Source: Patescibacteria group bacterium
Lineage (GTDB): Bacteria; Patescibacteriota; Minisyncoccia; Phycocordibacterales; JACOZG01
Length of the DNA: 64,000 bases
Direction: 5' to 3'
Assembly (NCBI GenBank): GCA_034658935.1
Contig: JAYEGE010000008.1
Coordinates: forward strand, 3,400-67,399
In this document: positions 38,502 through 47,749 of the stretch, in pieces
How positions within the stretch are numbered: position 1 is the first letter of the stretch
How the letters are laid out: each line of letters begins with the position of its first letter
Translations under genes and position numbers: made by a program
Notes under the pieces: generated by a model
The model's input: the letters and a program-made list of their open reading frames with translations, nothing else
Database searches by the model: none
Told to the model about the DNA's origin: nothing

Positions 38502-39059
38502 TTATGGCCCATCTCGCAAAATAATCTCGCTATTTCTAGCCCCCGTCTCGGCCTCTACCCGATTCATTATTCTCTCTTGGATGAATATGTTGGTTGGCGA
38601 AATGGCATTTAGAATGAGCCATAGGGCCGCTGGTATGGTGGCGATCTTCCAGGTCCAAGAATATTTTCTGCCCAAGAGGCCTCCCAGGACGACCATTAAG
38701 AGGTCGCCGATCAATCTATTGCCCCAATGTTCGTGATTGTCTTTCCAATGAGAAACTATTTGTCCGACTACCCCTTTCTCCATGGCTAGCTCCATGGCCT
38801 CCCAACTCATGGCGATGATTAAGATAACTAAGATATATTCTCCGATGGCTAAGGATTTGCTCTTTACAAAAAACTTAGCCAGCAGGGCGGCGATGATGAT
38901 GCCAGATAGAAAATGCTGAATGGACCACAGATCAAAGATGGCAACGTTGCGGTTACCGAGTAGGCAAGGCAAATCGGGTTGGTCAGTAATGAAGAGGTGG
39001 AGGGCGGCGAGAGCTAAAAATAAAACCACCGTTATTGTGGTTGTCCGATGTCTAGTCAT
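38502..39059 (-). CDS. Hypothetical polytopic membrane protein
   Basis: DLWSIQHFLSG and WEAME motifs; several TM helices. Confidence 0.7.
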   Translation of the reverse strand: MTRHRTTTITVVLFLALAALHLFITDQPDLPCLLGNRNVAIFDLWSIQHFLSGIIIAALLAKFFVKSKSLAIGEYILVILIIAMSWEAMELAMEKGVVGQIVSHWKDNHEHWGNRLIGDLLMVVLGGLLGRKYSWTWKIATIPAALWLILNAISPTNIFIQERIMNRVEAETGARNSEIILRDGP

Positions 39060-39106
39060 ATCTATTTTATTATACAGTTTTTATATGGAAGTTTCTCTAT
39101 TGGTTA

Positions 39107-39361
39107 GTGGTCGCAACAACAGGCGAAGATGCTGGGATCTTAGTAAAACAGCTTAAAGAAATGGGATTTGAGGGCTTGATAATCGGCAACCCAGCCCTCG
39201 GCCTCGAGGAGTTCTTGGAGATAGCAAGGGATTATCTATACGGAGTCGAAAATTACCCGGGCGTTGGAGGCCTAACAACCTTCGATGAAAATGGAGATGT
39301 TGTTAAACCAATCATGCTGAAAACGATAAAGGACGGGGAAATAATGCCGTACGAGGAATAG
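39107..39361 (+). pseudogene. C-terminal relic of a branched-chain amino acid ABC substrate-binding protein
   Basis: LVKQLKEMGFEG and YPGVGGLTTFDENGDVVKPIMLKTIKDG; no N-terminus. Confidence 0.6.
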
Positions 39362-39413
39362 AAAAGCCAGGCAAAACCTGGCTTTTTTACGATTTGCCGC
39401 TTGCAGCAATTTT

Positions 39414-39485
39414 TGACCCCACCGGGAATCGAACCCGGATTACCGGCTTGAAAAGCCGATGTCCTAACCGTTAGACGATGGGGCC
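39414..39485 (-). tRNA. tRNA-Glu(TTC)
   Basis: Reverse complement GGCCCCATCGTCTAACGGTTAGGAC...TTTTCAA...GGGGTCA. Confidence 0.95.
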
Positions 39486-39591
39486 CCACTACGCTGAAAC
39501 TACGCGGGGCAAGCCCTAAGTAGACAACATGTAGACGCAAATAATAACATTTTTTGTCAAAAAAGTAAAAAGATGGTAGATTGATCGCACT

Positions 39592-39676
39592 GGAGGCGTG
39601 GCAGAGTGGTCTATCGCGCCGCACTCGAAATGCGGTTGGGAGCAATCCCTCGGGGGTTCGAATCCTCCCGCCTCCG
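39592..39676 (+). tRNA. tRNA-Ser(CGA)
   Basis: GGAGGCG/CGCCTCC acceptor stem; CCGCA-CTCGAAA-TGCGG; long variable arm. Confidence 0.95.
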
Positions 39677-39947
39677 TCCTCGCCACGACGTGGTTTTAAC
39701 GAAGTCGAGACGAGTCATTGTCAAGGTCGGACCTTGCCACGGGCGGCCTAGGGGGTTGTCTGTGTACTTAACATTTTGCTATTTTTGATAAAATCAATTT
39801 GATAAAATCAATATTGGCATGAGTATTTAATCTACTGGATATAAAAGAAATCTAGGGCAGCGGCAGCAAGTTGAAGCATCGTGTCGAGTTGGAGAAAGAT
39901 AGATCAAAATAGAAGTAGCCCTCCGCGAGGAGGGCTGCTCTTGTATC

Positions 39948-40313
39948 AAAGTTGATCAGATAGGTAATGAGGGCGCCTATCTGGCGGCAATTACCAGTAT
40001 GACTGAGGGGCAGGTATATGTGATCGGCACTGACACTTCTGGCTGTGATGATCAGAATGCTTATTGTGATACTAACGTGACTGCCGACGATACCTGTGTT
40101 AACCTGGCGGGGTTGGTCACGGAGGGGTATATCGGGTCAGTGCCTATTGGTCCTGATGGCGATGACACTTGGGTGGCGGGGCAGACTGGCTATACACTCT
40201 CAAAGGCCTCAACTGGCATTCTCATTATAGAGGACTGTGAATCTGAAAACGCCACCGAGATTTCCATCTTACGACAAAAAAAAAGTCAGAAAAAGGGCGG
40301 GGATACGTCTTAG
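39948..40313 (+). pseudogene. Type IV pilin-like globular domain relic without the N-terminal helix
   Basis: CVNLAGLVTEGYIGSVPIGP...TGYTL...CESE...ISILR pattern with Cys pairs. Confidence 0.5.
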
Positions 40314-40336
40314 TATTGGTATGAGTATTTCACAAC

Positions 40337-40657
40337 ATGAATTATTCCGCGCCAATATTAATCGCTGGCTTTGTCGGTGGTGCTTTGCGGGGAATTGTTG
40401 GGTATATTAAGTACCAGACAAAATATAAGAACGTTGATTTTAAGCCCTGGCATTTTGCTGGAATGACCGCTACGGCTGGAGTCGTGGGCCTATTGGCCGC
40501 TTGGGCCACTAAAGATTTAGGGGTGTCGTTCGCGGGGGTTGAAGAACTTCCAAGTTCCGTTGCTTTTATTATTGGTTATGCCGGGGGAGATTTCATTGAG
40601 AACCTCTTCAAAATTATCTCCGGTAAATCCGTCCTATATTCGATTGGTAACTCCTAA
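40337..40657 (+). CDS. Small three-TM membrane protein
   Basis: Hydrophobic helices and GYAGGDFIE motif. Confidence 0.75.
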   Translation: MNYSAPILIAGFVGGALRGIVGYIKYQTKYKNVDFKPWHFAGMTATAGVVGLLAAWATKDLGVSFAGVEELPSSVAFIIGYAGGDFIENLFKIISGKSVLYSIGNS

Positions 40658-40670
40658 TCTCTGCGGTGGC

Positions 40671-41735
40671 CTAGTTGCTAGGTTTGTTTTCGGTCAGCCA
40701 GTTCTTAAACCATTCGAGGCATTTTTCTGGGTCGCGAGGTTTGTCATCTCCTAACTCAAATGTGCCGCCAGCAGCTCTATCGTGACCACCTCCTAAGTCG
40801 GTTTTTTCCATTAGTTCGCGGGAGTTGGCTGAGCCGGGCTGGGAGCGAGCGGAAATACTGCACTCGCTATTTTCGTCGGGAGTGATAACAATGCCCCAGG
40901 GGTATCCCTCGATTACCCTGAGGTAATGACTCATATAGATGTGACTAGCACTACTGATCTCGTTGTCACTGTAGCCTTGTTTAGTGATGACTGAGCGAGG
41001 CAAGAAACTAGACTGCCAATTACCCCAGCCCGCCGTTTGATTGTGTGCCGTGTTGGCAATCAGCATCTGGATTAATTTAAAGACACGATCGGGGATCAGA
41101 CGGTAGCGAGATTGGAACTCGCCAATACTATTGATCCCAGCTATCTTTAGTAGATTTCGAACTATATCAAAAATATATCCATCTTTCAGTTTTAAGAAGG
41201 AGAAATTTCCTGTGTCACCTAATATACCCAGGAGTAGGGTTTCGGCTAAGGGTTTATTGATCTCGATTTCTGCCTGGAAGAGTTGGTAGATAATAGAGGT
41301 GGTGGCTGGCGCATCTGGTACCACGGTGGCTAAAGTAAACTCATCTACTGATGAGGAATGGTGATCAATACATATTGTCTGAGCCGGTAGCTTTGCTTTT
41401 AGTTTCTCGACTTGGCCGGTGAAGCGATAATGCTGGCTACCGTCGAGTGTGATTAGAAGGTCGGTGTCTTCTAGGTTATTTGCTAAGTCGTCAACAAATT
41501 TGATTTGATCAAAATATTGAAAACTGGCGAACCGCTCCACTACTCGACCGGTAATGATTATTTCCACCGTCTTATCTGGTTGTTTCTGTAGAATGATTTG
41601 ATAAAGCGCTAAGACGGAGGCGATAGCGTCATCGTCGGGGGAGATATGGGCAGTTATGGCAATACGTTTGGCATTTCCCACCAATTGCCAAAAATGTTTA
41701 TTGAAAGTGGGATGCACCTCCCGGTATAATTCCAT
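40671..41735 (-). CDS. DHH family phosphoesterase (NrnA-like)
   Basis: HISPDDDA, IDHH, DTGNF and GGGHDRAAG. Confidence 0.92.
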   Translation of the reverse strand: MELYREVHPTFNKHFWQLVGNAKRIAITAHISPDDDAIASVLALYQIILQKQPDKTVEIIITGRVVERFASFQYFDQIKFVDDLANNLEDTDLLITLDGSQHYRFTGQVEKLKAKLPAQTICIDHHSSSVDEFTLATVVPDAPATTSIIYQLFQAEIEINKPLAETLLLGILGDTGNFSFLKLKDGYIFDIVRNLLKIAGINSIGEFQSRYRLIPDRVFKLIQMLIANTAHNQTAGWGNWQSSFLPRSVITKQGYSDNEISSASHIYMSHYLRVIEGYPWGIVITPDENSECSISARSQPGSANSRELMEKTDLGGGHDRAAGGTFELGDDKPRDPEKCLEWFKNWLTENKPSN

Positions 41736-41739
41736 TTTT

Positions 41740-43044
41740 CTATTTTATTAGTTTAATCTTTGCTCCCAATTTCTTGAGTCGATTGGCGAGATCCTCATAG
41801 CCCCGATTGATTGAGTAGATATTGCGGAGGATGGATGTGCCCTTGGCGGCCAACATCCCAATAAGTATCAAGGCGGCTGGTCTTAGGGCTGGCGGGCAGA
41901 TGATTTCAGCGGGACGGAGAGCCGTTGGCCCTTTGATATAGACGCGGTAGGGGTCAGCCAAGATAATATCTGCTCCGAGTTTGGTCAATTCCATGTAGTA
42001 AATGGCGCGGTTCTCGTAGACCCAATCATGAATTAAAGTGGCGCCATTAGCTTGGGTGGCGATGGGGACAAAGAAGGGGAGATTATCGATATTGATTCCT
42101 GGGAAAGGTAAAGGGTGGATCTTCTCCTCTAAGGCCTTGAGTTTGGAAACTTTGGTGCTGATATCAACTAATTTGGCGAAGCCGTTGTCGCTGAGATAGG
42201 GCTTAGACAGGCTGTAGAGGAAACCCATTTTCTTCAGTTTCAGCAGTTCTAGTTCTAAGAAATTTATTGGACAACGCTTGATATTGATCTCTGAATTAGT
42301 GGTAGCGGCAATGGCCAAGAAGAGCATTGATTCAATCGGGTCTTCACTAAGGGTAAATTCGATGTTGCGGTTTATCTCTTTTTGCCCCGACACACTGATG
42401 GTGCTAGTGCCCAGGCCTCCCACTTTACAACCAAGAGCCAAGAGGAAGTGGCCCAAGTCCTGGACCATGTAATTAGCGGTGGCAAATTTAATGAAGGTGG
42501 TGCCTGGCAAACCGGCAGCAGCCATCATGGCGTTTTCAGTAACAGTATCGCCGGCCTCGTAAAGAACTATTTCTGACGCTTTTAATTTTTTGGCACTAAC
42601 TTCGTGGCGGTCGTCTTTGGAGATTATTTTTACTCCCAGGTTTTCTAGGGCGTAGAGATGTGGTCGGACACTGCGTGCGCCAAGCTTGCAGCCGCCAGGG
42701 TGGGGAAGAGTGAAAGATTGTTCCCAATGGATGAGGGGGCCGAGGAACATGAGGATACTTCGTGTTTTGGTGGCGGCCTCTTGGTCAAGCCTACTGAGTT
42801 TTAATTTCTTGGGAGGATTAATAATCAGATTGTCTCCTTTCCAATTGATTCTAACTCCGATACTTTTCAAGACTTCAATTAGCCTATTGACCTCCTCGAT
42901 ATGAGGGACCCGCTTGAGGGTGGTGGTGCCGTGGTTTAAGAGTGAGGCGCAGAGTAAAGCCACGGCCGAGTTTTTTGCCGTTTTAGTTACCACGGTTCCT
43001 GAGAGTTTTTGCCCCCCTTCAATTTGTAGATTTAAAGTATCCAT
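41740..43044 (-). CDS. murA: UDP-N-acetylglucosamine 1-carboxyvinyltransferase
   Basis: AKNSA, PGGCKLGAR and INRGYE. Confidence 0.93.
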   Translation of the reverse strand: MDTLNLQIEGGQKLSGTVVTKTAKNSAVALLCASLLNHGTTTLKRVPHIEEVNRLIEVLKSIGVRINWKGDNLIINPPKKLKLSRLDQEAATKTRSILMFLGPLIHWEQSFTLPHPGGCKLGARSVRPHLYALENLGVKIISKDDRHEVSAKKLKASEIVLYEAGDTVTENAMMAAAGLPGTTFIKFATANYMVQDLGHFLLALGCKVGGLGTSTISVSGQKEINRNIEFTLSEDPIESMLFLAIAATTNSEINIKRCPINFLELELLKLKKMGFLYSLSKPYLSDNGFAKLVDISTKVSKLKALEEKIHPLPFPGINIDNLPFFVPIATQANGATLIHDWVYENRAIYYMELTKLGADIILADPYRVYIKGPTALRPAEIICPPALRPAALILIGMLAAKGTSILRNIYSINRGYEDLANRLKKLGAKIKLIK

Positions 43045-43071
43045 TGCGCTATTCTAACATGCATTCCAACC

Positions 43072-43826
43072 TGTGCAACACTTAGTGTTGCACAAATGAG
43101 CTGAGCTTACTAAACTGTAGTGGATATGCGTCGGATCAAAATCAGTCCAGGAGAATGTTACCATCTTTATAATAGAGGCAATAATAAGCAGAACATATTC
43201 CGTGATAATCGTGATCGAGCCCGCCTCCTCTTCCTTTTGATAGGTTTGCAATCCGAACTATCTTTCAAAAATATCAGTCGATTAGTTTCAGCTTTAACTA
43301 AAAGACCAAAACTTATCTTGAATGCTCGAGTTGTCTCTGAGGTTAGTGCAGCTCGTTACGTTGATCTAATTAGTTTTGTCTTAATGCCCAACCATTTTCA
43401 TTTAATTGTTTTTGAACGCAAAGAAGGTGGTATTGCTAAATACATGCAACGAGCGCTCAACGCCTATACAAAATATTTTAATACTCGGTATAAAAAAATG
43501 GGCATGTATTTGGGGGGACATACCAAGCCGTTCATATCGAAGACAATGATCAGCTTCTTTATGCTTCTGCCTATCTCCACAGAAATGCTCACCAATTACC
43601 AGTTTGGACTGGTCGCTCGGCGGAGTATCCTTGGTCAAGTTATAGTGATTACGTCGGAAATAATCGGTGGGGGGAGCTTTTAAACCGGCGAATGATTATG
43701 GAACAATTTGTCGACGGTAACGAATACCGACAGTGGGTTGAGACCAGTAGTGCCAAGGACCAAGATTGGGAATTTCAAGAGGGGAACTAAATTGTGCAAC
43801 ACTGTGCAACACTTAGTGTTGCACAG
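43072..43826. repeat. REP family B: TGTGCAACACT-T-AGTGTTGCACA at 43072-43094 and 43803-43825, plus a half copy at 43793
   Basis: Palindromes on both sides of the transposase. Confidence 0.9.
43126..43790 (+). mobile_element. REP-associated tyrosine transposase, copy 2, frameshifted at an A7 run
   Basis: YHLYNRG and LMPNHFHL; after 43492-43498 the -1 frame reads GHVFGGTYQAVHI...AYLHRN...YPWSSY to TAA 43790. Confidence 0.85.
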
Positions 43827-43829
43827 AAA

Positions 43830-44762
43830 CTATTTTGTTAGGTGTAAAAAGCTGTAGAGGTCCTCGAGGGCCTTAACGGCATCGCCGGCGGCAATATTGT
43901 TTTGGTGATAACGTCCGTCCGTGCAGTCGCCGGCCGCCCAGATGCCAGTGATCGAAGTTCGCTGAGTGCGTGGGTCGACGATGATTTGATCATTTTGGTT
44001 CAATTCAAGCAAATCTTTAGCGAAATAGGTAGCCGGCACCAGGCCGATTTCGACGAAGACACCTCCAGTCTTTAATTCGTGAGCTTTTCCCGTTATCGTG
44101 TCTTTATAAGTCAATGATTCGATGAATTGGCCACCCTTAAATTCAGTGACCTCAGCATTGGTAATGATTTTAAATTTTGGATCCTTTTTGACTTTCTCAA
44201 TTGTGATCTTGTCTGCTCTGAATTTTTCACTGCGGTTCAATAAGGTTACGCTCTTGCAATAAGCTAGGAGCTGGGCCGCTGATTCAAAGGCAGCATTGCC
44301 GCCACCAATTACCACCACATCCTTGCCAGCAAAAAGGGGGCCGTCGCACGAAGCGCAATAGGTAATACCTTTTTGATCAAATTCTTTTGCTCCGGGGGCG
44401 GTCAGGCGGCGTCTATCGGCGCCGGTCGCGATTAAGACGGTTTTGGTGTTGAATTGTTCGCCGCTGTCAATCTCCACCGTGAATTGGTTGTTGCTTTGAG
44501 CGATCTTTTGCACCTTGTGTCCGAACATCACTTTCAAATCTGGCCCCTCGTAAGATGTTAAGTGTTCTTTAAGGCTAATGGCCAATTCTGTTCCAGAGAT
44601 TTTTTTAGTCCCTACCCAGTTTTGGATATCGGTTGAGACTGCAGATTGCCCACCCCATTTAAAAGCAATAGAGAGTGTTTTTAGTTTTTTTCGTGCGGCG
44701 TAGATGCCGGCAGCAGCCCCACCTGGGCCGCCGCCAATGACGATTAAATCATAAGTATCCAT
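43830..44762 (-). CDS. trxB: Thioredoxin-disulfide reductase
   Basis: GGGPGG, CASCDG, GGGNAA and AAGD. Confidence 0.9.
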   Translation of the reverse strand: MDTYDLIVIGGGPGGAAAGIYAARKKLKTLSIAFKWGGQSAVSTDIQNWVGTKKISGTELAISLKEHLTSYEGPDLKVMFGHKVQKIAQSNNQFTVEIDSGEQFNTKTVLIATGADRRRLTAPGAKEFDQKGITYCASCDGPLFAGKDVVVIGGGNAAFESAAQLLAYCKSVTLLNRSEKFRADKITIEKVKKDPKFKIITNAEVTEFKGGQFIESLTYKDTITGKAHELKTGGVFVEIGLVPATYFAKDLLELNQNDQIIVDPRTQRTSITGIWAAGDCTDGRYHQNNIAAGDAVKALEDLYSFLHLTK

Positions 44763-44785
44763 ATTTACTTATTTAAAAGAAACTG

Positions 44786-45925
44786 TTATTTCTTGTTGCG
44801 ACGTAAGAAAGCGGGGATAGAAGACCAATCATCCTCCTCTTCCTCGATATCTGACTGTTTTGGTATTTTTTCTGGTTCTGGGTTGGCGGCCACCTTTTCT
44901 TTAATTTTTCCGTTTTTGTTGTCATCGATTATTTTGTTATCGAGGTCGATCGCTGGTTTGCGTTTGGCATTCTCGGGGAAGCCAGAGGCAATGACTGTTA
45001 CCTTAATTTCATTTTTGCCTAATTTATTATCACGGATCGCTCCGAAAATAACTTTGGCGTTGGGATCAATCGAGGCGATGATCAACTTAGCAGCCTCCTG
45101 GATCTCGAACATGGTCATATTGTCGTCGCCGGCGATAGCGAAGAGGACGCCCTTGGCTCCATCAATGGAGATGTCTAGTAGGGGAGAATTGACTGCTGCC
45201 CGGGCCGCCTCGATGGCACGATTTTCGCCACTTGAGCGGCCGATGCCCATAAGGGCGGAGCCGGCATTCTGCATGATGGAACGAATGTCGGCGAAGTCGA
45301 CGTTAATAATGCCGGGCATTGTGATTAGGTCTGAGATACCCTCGACTGCTTGACGAAGGACCTCGTCACACATTCCAAAGGCTGAAGCGCAAGAGGTGTT
45401 CTTGTCGATCAAAGAAAGCAACCGATCGTTGGGAATAGCGATAATCGCGTCTACCTCTTTGCGCAGGGTCTCGATTCCTCCTTCAGCAATCTGCATTCGT
45501 TGTTGGCCCTCAAAGAAGAATGGTTTAGTAACTACTGCCACTGTTAAGATGCCCTGATCCTTGGCCGCTTTGGCCACTATAGGGAGGGCGCCGGTGGCTG
45601 TGCCGCCACCTTCACCGCCAGCCAAGAAGATCATGTCGGCCCCTTTAATGACATCCTGGACGTCCTCCAGGCTCTCCTCAGCTGCTTTGTGTCCAACCTC
45701 GGGGTCCATCCCCGCCCCTAGGCCACGAGTTAGGTCCTTACCGATATGGAGCTTCTTTTTAGCTAGCGAATGATGGAGTCTCTGGGCGTCGGTGTCGATG
45801 GCGGTGAAATCTAGCCCCTTAACGTTAGAGCGGGCCATATGACTTATGGCATTAATACCGGAATTACCAACACCAATTACCTTGATTCTAGCGAAAGCCT
45901 CGATATCTGGTTCAATTTTGGCCAT
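44786..45925 (-). CDS. ftsZ: Cell division protein FtsZ
   Basis: GLGAG, INVDFAD and C-terminal IPAFLR. Confidence 0.97.
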   Translation of the reverse strand: MAKIEPDIEAFARIKVIGVGNSGINAISHMARSNVKGLDFTAIDTDAQRLHHSLAKKKLHIGKDLTRGLGAGMDPEVGHKAAEESLEDVQDVIKGADMIFLAGGEGGGTATGALPIVAKAAKDQGILTVAVVTKPFFFEGQQRMQIAEGGIETLRKEVDAIIAIPNDRLLSLIDKNTSCASAFGMCDEVLRQAVEGISDLITMPGIINVDFADIRSIMQNAGSALMGIGRSSGENRAIEAARAAVNSPLLDISIDGAKGVLFAIAGDDNMTMFEIQEAAKLIIASIDPNAKVIFGAIRDNKLGKNEIKVTVIASGFPENAKRKPAIDLDNKIIDDNKNGKIKEKVAANPEPEKIPKQSDIEEEEDDWSSIPAFLRRNKK

Positions 45926-45984
45926 ATATAGACTCTAGGTTAACAGAAGAAGCGGAAAAAGCAAAGGCTCTTCTCTGGCTATAT

Positions 45985-47151
45985 TTAGGGCCACAATTCC
46001 TTTAGCCAATGGAGGAAATTTTTTCCTGCTGCGCCGATCGCTTTGACGCTTTCTATGTTCCCAGCTGGATCATTACTAAGTCCCCAGAGACAGAGTCCGT
46101 AAGCCACTACCCAGGTGGAGTCTCGGATTTGGTTTTTTAGAGGACCGACCTCGCTTGGGTCGAATATTTTGGCTGGCAACTTTAGTTGGTTTTTGGCCAA
46201 TTTTTCTAGGTCATTAGCGCTGGCGCCTCCACCAACAATAATGATTCCTGCTGGCAATAACCCATTACGGCCGATTTTTTTAAGATGGGCTTCAATCAAT
46301 TCCATCATGTCCGATAACCTAGCTTCAATGATCTCGTCTAGTTTGCGCTTAGCATTTGTGGTGGTGGTGTTGCCGACTTTCATTCTCTCGGCTTCATCAA
46401 GGGGGACTCGCAATCCGAGAGCAATGTCGTTAGTGACGTCGTTGGACCCTATGGGGAAAACTTGGAGTGAGACTAAATGATCGTCTTCAAAGGTGACCAG
46501 GGATGTAGTTTGGGAGCCGATATTAACTAAAACACAGCCGGCTGCTTTCTGTGTTCCCATTAGGGTAGGGGTGCTGGCCGCTAGAGGTGAGGCCACCACG
46601 TCTTCAACTACTAAGCCAGCTGCGGTAGCAACTCTGATCAGGTCGTTCAGGTGTTGGGTTAGGCAATGAATGAAGAGAGTTCTGACTTCTAATTTCTGTC
46701 CTTTCCAACCCAGGGGGCGACCGGGCACCTTCTTGCCATCTATTTTGAAGGCGATTGGGAGAGCGTAGATTACTTTACGATTAGTAAAATCACCAAGATT
46801 GGATTCGCTGACCTCCATTGCTCGCTCGACCTCGTTTTCAGTGACTTCTAAGTCGGCCTTAGTAACAGCGACTTGTCCCTCAACGATTTTAGATTCCAAG
46901 GTGATGCCTCCTATTCCTAAGATGACTTTTTTAATCTTAGTTTTGGTCTGGCGCTCGGCTTCGCGGACCGCCGCCCGGACACTCTCAGTTGCTTCTTCAA
47001 AATTAACAACGTAACCCCGCTTTAAGCCTCGGGATTCACGTTTAACTTGAGTTAGAACTCGTGGCGCTCTATGTCCGCCGCCCCACTCGCAAACCACCAA
47101 CCTTATAGTTGCTGTCCCGATGTCTAATCCGGCGATGATGTTTTTGGACAT
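45985..47151 (-). CDS. ftsA: Cell division protein FtsA
   Basis: GLDIGT and VTNDIA; located upstream of ftsZ. Confidence 0.93.
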   Translation of the reverse strand: MSKNIIAGLDIGTATIRLVVCEWGGGHRAPRVLTQVKRESRGLKRGYVVNFEEATESVRAAVREAERQTKTKIKKVILGIGGITLESKIVEGQVAVTKADLEVTENEVERAMEVSESNLGDFTNRKVIYALPIAFKIDGKKVPGRPLGWKGQKLEVRTLFIHCLTQHLNDLIRVATAAGLVVEDVVASPLAASTPTLMGTQKAAGCVLVNIGSQTTSLVTFEDDHLVSLQVFPIGSNDVTNDIALGLRVPLDEAERMKVGNTTTTNAKRKLDEIIEARLSDMMELIEAHLKKIGRNGLLPAGIIIVGGGASANDLEKLAKNQLKLPAKIFDPSEVGPLKNQIRDSTWVVAYGLCLWGLSNDPAGNIESVKAIGAAGKNFLHWLKELWP

Positions 47152-47494
47152 GTTGAGTAAAAAATTTGGCGAGCACCTGCTCTTCATGTTCCATCTTACT
47201 ACCGTGAGCGTATCCTTTCAAATGTAAAAGGCCGTGGATAAATAAAAAGATGGTGTAATCAGTTGGTTTCCACCCAAGCTTCTCTGCTTCTTGGGTTATT
47301 AATGCTTCAACCATCAAGATTTCCCCGTCTGTGTCTGTCAGTGGAAAACTTAAAATATTTGCTGGTTTGTCTTTGTGGCGATAAAGACGATTAAGCTCCC
47401 GAGAAACCCGGGAGCTAACAAAGGCGAGGCTTAACTCGTAACGTGGTCCGAGGACGTGGTCCTTAAGAGCTTTAACGTCGGCGGAATCTATCAT
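47069..47494 (-). CDS. ybeY: rRNA maturation endoribonuclease YbeY
   Basis: LNRLYRHKDKPANILSF and HGLLHLKGYAH. Confidence 0.92.
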   Translation of the reverse strand: MIDSADVKALKDHVLGPRYELSLAFVSSRVSRELNRLYRHKDKPANILSFPLTDTDGEILMVEALITQEAEKLGWKPTDYTIFLFIHGLLHLKGYAHGSKMEHEEQVLAKFFTQHVQKHHRRIRHRDSNYKVGGLRVGRRT

Positions 47495-47714
47495 TCTTAA
47501 TCTTCCCCAGCTTCTTTAGACGTTCGTAGGTGGCGGTACGCTCTAGGCGTTTGAGGGCGGCTTGTTTTTTCTTCTGAGCAGAGAGAGGGCGCTTCTGGGA
47601 TTTGAGGGATTTAACCTGTCTGACTATGCCGGAGGCGTTCATCCGTCGACTAAAGCGCCGCATAGCGCTACTGGTAGACTCGCTTCCCTCTCGTTTAACT
47701 TCCACGTTTATCAT
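47472..47714 (-). CDS. rpsU: 30S ribosomal protein bS21
   Basis: VKREGSESTSSAMRRFSRR; basic, 80 aa. Confidence 0.75.
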   Translation of the reverse strand: MINVEVKREGSESTSSAMRRFSRRMNASGIVRQVKSLKSQKRPLSAQKKKQAALKRLERTATYERLKKLGKIKNDRFRRR

Positions 47715-47749
47715 GAGGCCAGATTAACACATTAAGGGTAAATGGGCAA

